A stretch of DNA of 32,000 nucleotides, taken from Ferroglobus placidus DSM 10642 (GTDB lineage Archaea; Halobacteriota; Archaeoglobi; Archaeoglobales; Archaeoglobaceae). Position numbers and translations under genes: made by a program. Location of the stretch: assembly GCF_000025505.1 (NCBI RefSeq), contig NC_013849.1:1530001-1562000 (forward strand), read 5' to 3'. How positions within the stretch are numbered: the first letter of the stretch is position 1; each line of letters begins with the position of its first letter. The notes beneath the pieces are model-generated. The model saw only the letters and a list, made by a program, of their open reading frames with translations, was not told the DNA's origin and did not search any database. Below are positions 27,934 through 32,000 of this stretch, piece after piece.

Positions 27934-29331
27934 GTGTCCTCGATAATGGTTGCCGGAACTTCGAGCAGCGCTGGGAAAAGCGTAATCGTCGCAGCTTTGT
28001 GCAGAATTTTGTCTAAAAGAGGGTACTCGGTCGCTCCCTTCAAAGCCCAGAACATGAGCCTGAATTCGTACGTTACGAAAAATGGAAAGGAGATCGCGAT
28101 AGCTCAAGCTTATCAAGCTCTTGCTGCCGGAATAGAGCCAGATGAGAGGATGAATCCGATTTTGCTAAAACCTAAGGGAAATTTCAGATCGCAGCTGGTT
28201 GTGTTGGGAGAAGCTGTTAAGGATGTTTCGATAAAGGAGTATTACGGCGAACTCGAATGGCTGAAAAAAGTAGTTGAAGATGCCTATAAAAGCCTGAAAG
28301 AGGAGTTCGACGTCGTCGTTGTAGAAGGGGCTGGAGGTTTTGCAGAGATAAACCTCTTCGAGAAAGACCTCGCAAACATTTTCACCGCGAGAATTGCGAA
28401 GCCAAAAATTATTATTGCTGCTGACATAGAGAGAGGTGGTGCTTTTGCTTCATTATACGGAACCTACTCCCTCCTCCCGGAAGACGTAAGAAAGCTCGTG
28501 GTCGGCTTTATCATAAACAAGATGAGGGGGGACAAGTCTCTTTTAAATTCCGGAATTGCCGAGCTGGAGAGGCTTACAGGGACGAAATGCTTCGGAATAA
28601 TTCCGCATGCTGGCTTCAACATCTTCTCCGAAGATTCGCTGAGCTTGGAGGAATGGGAAAACGACGGAGTTGTTGGAGTTTTAAGGCTTCCGAGAATTTC
28701 AAACTTCACCGACTTCGAGAAAATTAGAGAAGTCGTAAAAATCGTTAATTTAAAAGAGGATCTGAACGATTTGGAAGCGCTGATAATCCCCGGAACTAAG
28801 GAAACTATAAGGGATTTGAAGGAAGTTAAAAAGTTCGGAATGGACGAAAAGATTAGAAGGTTTGCAAAAAACAAACCCGTCATAGGGATTTGCGGAGGCT
28901 TTCAAATTCTCGGGAAGGAAATCGTGGATGAAGGGGTCGAATACGGAAAAGCGAAAGTTAAAGGACTCGGGTTAATTGATGCGGTAACCTTCTTCAAAGA
29001 ATTCAAAAAGAGGACGGTGCAGGTGGAGAAGAGGGTGACGAGAGACGTTGCCATTCTCGATAAAATAAAGGGGGAGAAGGTTAGAGGATACGAGATACAC
29101 ATGGGCGTGACTAAAGCCAAGAATCCGGTTTTCGAGGACGACGGCGGATCGAGCGAAGACGGTTTGGTTTGGGGAACTTATCTGCACGGACTGTTTTTGA
29201 ACGATAACGTTAGAAAAGCTCTCTACGACTACCTCGGGATAATATTTAAAGAAGAAACAGACGAGTTCGAAAAATTCGTGGATATTTTTGAAAAAAGCGT
29301 GGATATCGAAAGAATAATCGAGCTGATTTAG
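27934..29331 (+). CDS. cbiP: Cobyric acid synthase
   Basis: GTSSSAGKSVIVAALCRILSKRGYSVAPFKAQNMSLNSYVTKNGKEI, IPGTKETI, ICGGFQILGKEI (GATase), GYEIHMG. Confidence 0.96.
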   Translation: MSSIMVAGTSSSAGKSVIVAALCRILSKRGYSVAPFKAQNMSLNSYVTKNGKEIAIAQAYQALAAGIEPDERMNPILLKPKGNFRSQLVVLGEAVKDVSIKEYYGELEWLKKVVEDAYKSLKEEFDVVVVEGAGGFAEINLFEKDLANIFTARIAKPKIIIAADIERGGAFASLYGTYSLLPEDVRKLVVGFIINKMRGDKSLLNSGIAELERLTGTKCFGIIPHAGFNIFSEDSLSLEEWENDGVVGVLRLPRISNFTDFEKIREVVKIVNLKEDLNDLEALIIPGTKETIRDLKEVKKFGMDEKIRRFAKNKPVIGICGGFQILGKEIVDEGVEYGKAKVKGLGLIDAVTFFKEFKKRTVQVEKRVTRDVAILDKIKGEKVRGYEIHMGVTKAKNPVFEDDGGSSEDGLVWGTYLHGLFLNDNVRKALYDYLGIIFKEETDEFEKFVDIFEKSVDIERIIELI

Positions 29332-30362
29332 CAAACTCTCGGAACCGGATCCATCACTGGAGGCGGAACGACTTTCATCGTTCCTATCCTCGTTTTCATA
29401 ACGACTTCGCTAAACTCTTTTGTTGTGTAGCCGATTATTTCCGCATTTTCGTCGAATTTTTTCAAAACCTGAAGAACTTCATCTGCCAAATCTTTTACGA
29501 CAGTCATAACAACTTTCCCTTCGTTAGCCATCGAAAGGGGATCAATACCGAGGGTTTCGCAGACGAATTTGACGTCCTCTCTTATCGGAATCTTTTCCTC
29601 TTCAACGAGGATTCCTACTCCGCTCTTCTCAGCTATCTCGTTTAAAGCGTTAGCCAGTCCTCCTCTCGTCGGATCTTTCATCGAAGTTATTCCGCCGACT
29701 TTCAAAGCTTTCCTTACAAACTTCCAGACTGGATAAACGTCCGAGGAAACGTCGATTTCGAAGTTTAGACTTTCTCTTTCGAGAAGGATCGTTAATCCGT
29801 GCTCTGCTACGTTTCCGCTAACGATTACCGCCTCTCCTTCCTTAGCTCCCTTGTCTCTAATCCACCTGAAGGGATACTCTCGATAACTTCTCACAGCTTC
29901 GAGGTTTTCTTCCAACTCTTCACTCCTCTCACCAACTCCTGTCGTGTTAATGAAAATCTCTATGTTCGCTTCGACTACTTTAGTATCTCCAGTTATGACC
30001 TTAACGCCAACTTCATCTTTCGCTTTTGAGATGTCCTCCATTATTCTTTCAAGCTTCTCGATTTCAAAGCCTTCTTGGACTATCAAACTCAAACTCATAT
30101 AGCTCGGCTTAGCTCCGACAACAGCAAGATCGTTGGCTGTGCCGCAAACAGCTAATGATCCGATGCTCCCTCCCCTAAACAGCGGAGGCTTGACGGTGTA
30201 GCTGTCAGTGGTGAGAACGAAGTTTTCGGAAAAATCTGCGGAATCCTCCATGTCTTCGAGGGCTATTTCTCCAGCTTTCGACGAGATTTTTGGGAATACG
30301 TACTTCTTCAAAAATTCTGACATGTATTTTCCACCGGCTCCGTCCTCCCTCCTGACGATCAT
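29328..30362 (-). CDS. hypE: Hydrogenase expression/formation protein HypE
   Basis: REDGAGGKYM, TTDSYTVKPPLFRGGSIGSLAVCGTANDLAV, DPTRGGLANALNEIA, C-terminal MDPVPRVC. ATG 30362 (MIVRREDGAGG) overlaps the hypF stop. Confidence 0.95.
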   Translation of the reverse strand: MIVRREDGAGGKYMSEFLKKYVFPKISSKAGEIALEDMEDSADFSENFVLTTDSYTVKPPLFRGGSIGSLAVCGTANDLAVVGAKPSYMSLSLIVQEGFEIEKLERIMEDISKAKDEVGVKVITGDTKVVEANIEIFINTTGVGERSEELEENLEAVRSYREYPFRWIRDKGAKEGEAVIVSGNVAEHGLTILLERESLNFEIDVSSDVYPVWKFVRKALKVGGITSMKDPTRGGLANALNEIAEKSGVGILVEEEKIPIREDVKFVCETLGIDPLSMANEGKVVMTVVKDLADEVLQVLKKFDENAEIIGYTTKEFSEVVMKTRIGTMKVVPPPVMDPVPRVC

Positions 30363-32000
30363 TCTATCACCTTCAAAGCGTAAACTTGCCCGAGAGAAAT
30401 CCCGTTGTCTCCGCACGCAACGAGCTCGTTCGTATAAAAATTTCTTCCTATCTCCTTCTGAAAGATAGAATTGTAAGCTACGCCTCCCGAAACTATGAGG
30501 GGAGCTTCAAATTCCGAGGCTATTTCGCTCAAGCCTCTTGCGAGGTAACTCATAATTTGATACGCTATTTTTCCCCTTCTCTCTCCGCTCAGATACCTTT
30601 TCAAAGCGTCTTCGAAAACTTCTCCTATTTTCAGAACTTTAACTTCTCCTCTCCTCCCTCTTCCGTCGAAAGGCGACGAAAATTTTGAGATTTCCCAAGA
30701 GGTTTCTATAATCGGATCGTAGTAATTCTCGCTTTCTTCAGCTACCGCTTCGAGCTTCATAGCCGGCTCACCTTCGTAGGTTCTTTCAAAACAGATTTCG
30801 AGCATCGCTGAAGCAGCGTCGAGAACTCTTCCGGCTGATGACGCTTCGACGACTCCGATCCTCTTTTTCAAAAGCTCCTCGAAAGTCTCGAAGCTCTCCC
30901 CTTTCTTCAAATACTTCTCGTAATATTTTAGTTCCTCCCAGCTGCCGGTTTGAGAGTAAATTATCGAGAAGAGAACTCTGAGGGGTCTTTCGACAGCCAA
31001 GTCTCCTCCGAGGAGATGGATCGTTTCGAGCCTACCGACCCTTTCGAACTCCATTGAGTCGAGGTTTATGTAGAGAACTTCTCCACCCCATATTTTTCCG
31101 TCCATCCCGTAACCTACTCCATCAACAGCAATAGCGATTGCCTCATCAATCTTCTTCTCAGCCATAACGCTGAAGGCGTGAGCGAAGTGGTGCTGAACTT
31201 TCAAAACCTCCGCTCCTATCTCCTCTCCAAACTTTTCGGCGAAGATGGAGGTGTTGTACAGTGGGTGCATGTCAGCTACTACAAATTCCGGCTTAAGGTC
31301 GAGGTAGTTTTTGAAGTGGAACAACGCTCTTTTGAAAAATTCGTTGAAGGTTTTGAAGTTCGCGGTGTTGCCGATGTACTGACTCATAACGGCTTTTCCT
31401 TCCTTTAAAAAGCAGAGGGAGTTGTAAAGCTCTGCTCCAACAGCAACAGCTTCGGATTTGATGTCCAGCTCAATAGGTTCTGGAACGAATCCGCGAGATC
31501 TTCTTATGATCATTCTTCTCCCGTTGACGAACTTCACGACGCTGTCGTCAACTCTGTTCGCTATCCTCATGTTGTGATTCAAAAAAGCGTCGTAGGGAAC
31601 TTTAAGCTCTTCGAAACTCGTCGCCATCGGCTCGCTGGGGAAGTTCGCAGAGGTCATAACAACGGCTTCAGCTTTTAAAAATTTGAAGAGAATGTAGTGC
31701 AAAGGTGTGTAGGGCAGCATTATCCCTATCGTATCGAGCTTTGGAGCCACAGCCTCAAGATCAACCCTCTTTTTACACACCAAAATCGGTCTTCTGAAAC
31801 TTTTAAGTTCTTCAATCTCCTCTTCGCTCAGCTCAGCAAGATTCTTTGCGGCTTCAATGTCTCTAACCATCACAGCAAACGGTTGCTGAGGGCGACGAAG
31901 TATCTTCCTAAGCTTCCAGACGATCTCGTTTTCGGTTAGGCAGGAGAGGTGTATTCCACCTATCCCTTTTATCGCAACGAAACTTCCGGAGTCTATCATT
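30359..32000 (-). CDS. hypF: Carbamoyltransferase HypF (partial; N-terminus beyond right edge)
   Basis: IKGIGGIHLSCLT, RRPQQPFAVMVRD, MTSANFPSEPMA, IIRRSRGFVPEPI (YrdC part); KVQHHFAHAFSVM, AVDGVGYGMDGKIWGGE (Kae1-like part). Confidence 0.95.
   Translation of the reverse strand, partial: MIDSGSFVAIKGIGGIHLSCLTENEIVWKLRKILRRPQQPFAVMVRDIEAAKNLAELSEEEIEELKSFRRPILVCKKRVDLEAVAPKLDTIGIMLPYTPLHYILFKFLKAEAVVMTSANFPSEPMATSFEELKVPYDAFLNHNMRIANRVDDSVVKFVNGRRMIIRRSRGFVPEPIELDIKSEAVAVGAELYNSLCFLKEGKAVMSQYIGNTANFKTFNEFFKRALFHFKNYLDLKPEFVVADMHPLYNTSIFAEKFGEEIGAEVLKVQHHFAHAFSVMAEKKIDEAIAIAVDGVGYGMDGKIWGGEVLYINLDSMEFERVGRLETIHLLGGDLAVERPLRVLFSIIYSQTGSWEELKYYEKYLKKGESFETFEELLKKRIGVVEASSAGRVLDAASAMLEICFERTYEGEPAMKLEAVAEESENYYDPIIETSWEISKFSSPFDGRGRRGEVKVLKIGEVFEDALKRYLSGERRGKIAYQIMSYLARGLSEIASEFEAPLIVSGGVAYNSIFQKEIGRNFYTNELVACGDNGISLGQVYALKVIE

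Noticed and set aside
1-32000. CRISPR arrays, IS elements, prophage or defence islands
   Set aside because: No regularly spaced repeats, no transposase or integrase motifs and no Cas-type proteins were found in the translations supplied.

Overview
This is a 32 kb, gene-dense archaeal chromosomal window with mostly housekeeping content. The gene set suggests an Archaeoglobales-like euryarchaeon such as Ferroglobus or Geoglobus, but that is inference. Left to right it holds: the moaC 3' end; a tetrapyrrole cluster (hemA-hemB-hemL-hemC-cobA); truA, a nitrilase-family gene and an S26e-like zinc-ribbon gene; an ABC exporter operon with a COG1361-like surface protein, divergent from a TrmB-like regulator; ABCE1/Rli1; a DsbA-like thioredoxin; an MBL hydrolase; an EMC6-like protein; thrS; Ogg2; S27e; L44e; a GINS subunit; priS; a DUF2330-like protein; and a two-subunit CoA-transferase. 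The right part holds two diverged paralogous membrane proteins around tRNA-Leu(GAG), a histone, trm56 and a VapBC module, then cbiP, hypE and hypF (partial). I found no convincing new multi-gene system and no CRISPR array. The best second-look items are: an in-frame amber codon splitting the COG1361-like protein; an Ogg2 gene whose conserved N-terminus has no ATG/GTG/TTG start; S27e missed by the ORF track; a near-exact 36-bp duplication of the trm56 3' end flanking VapBC; a 64-bp perfect repeat between the two ABC halves of Rli1, suggesting gene conversion; an S26e-like protein in a euryarchaeal-looking genome; palindromes at start-codon-proximal promoter positions; and long overlaps at hemA/hemB and cobA/truA.
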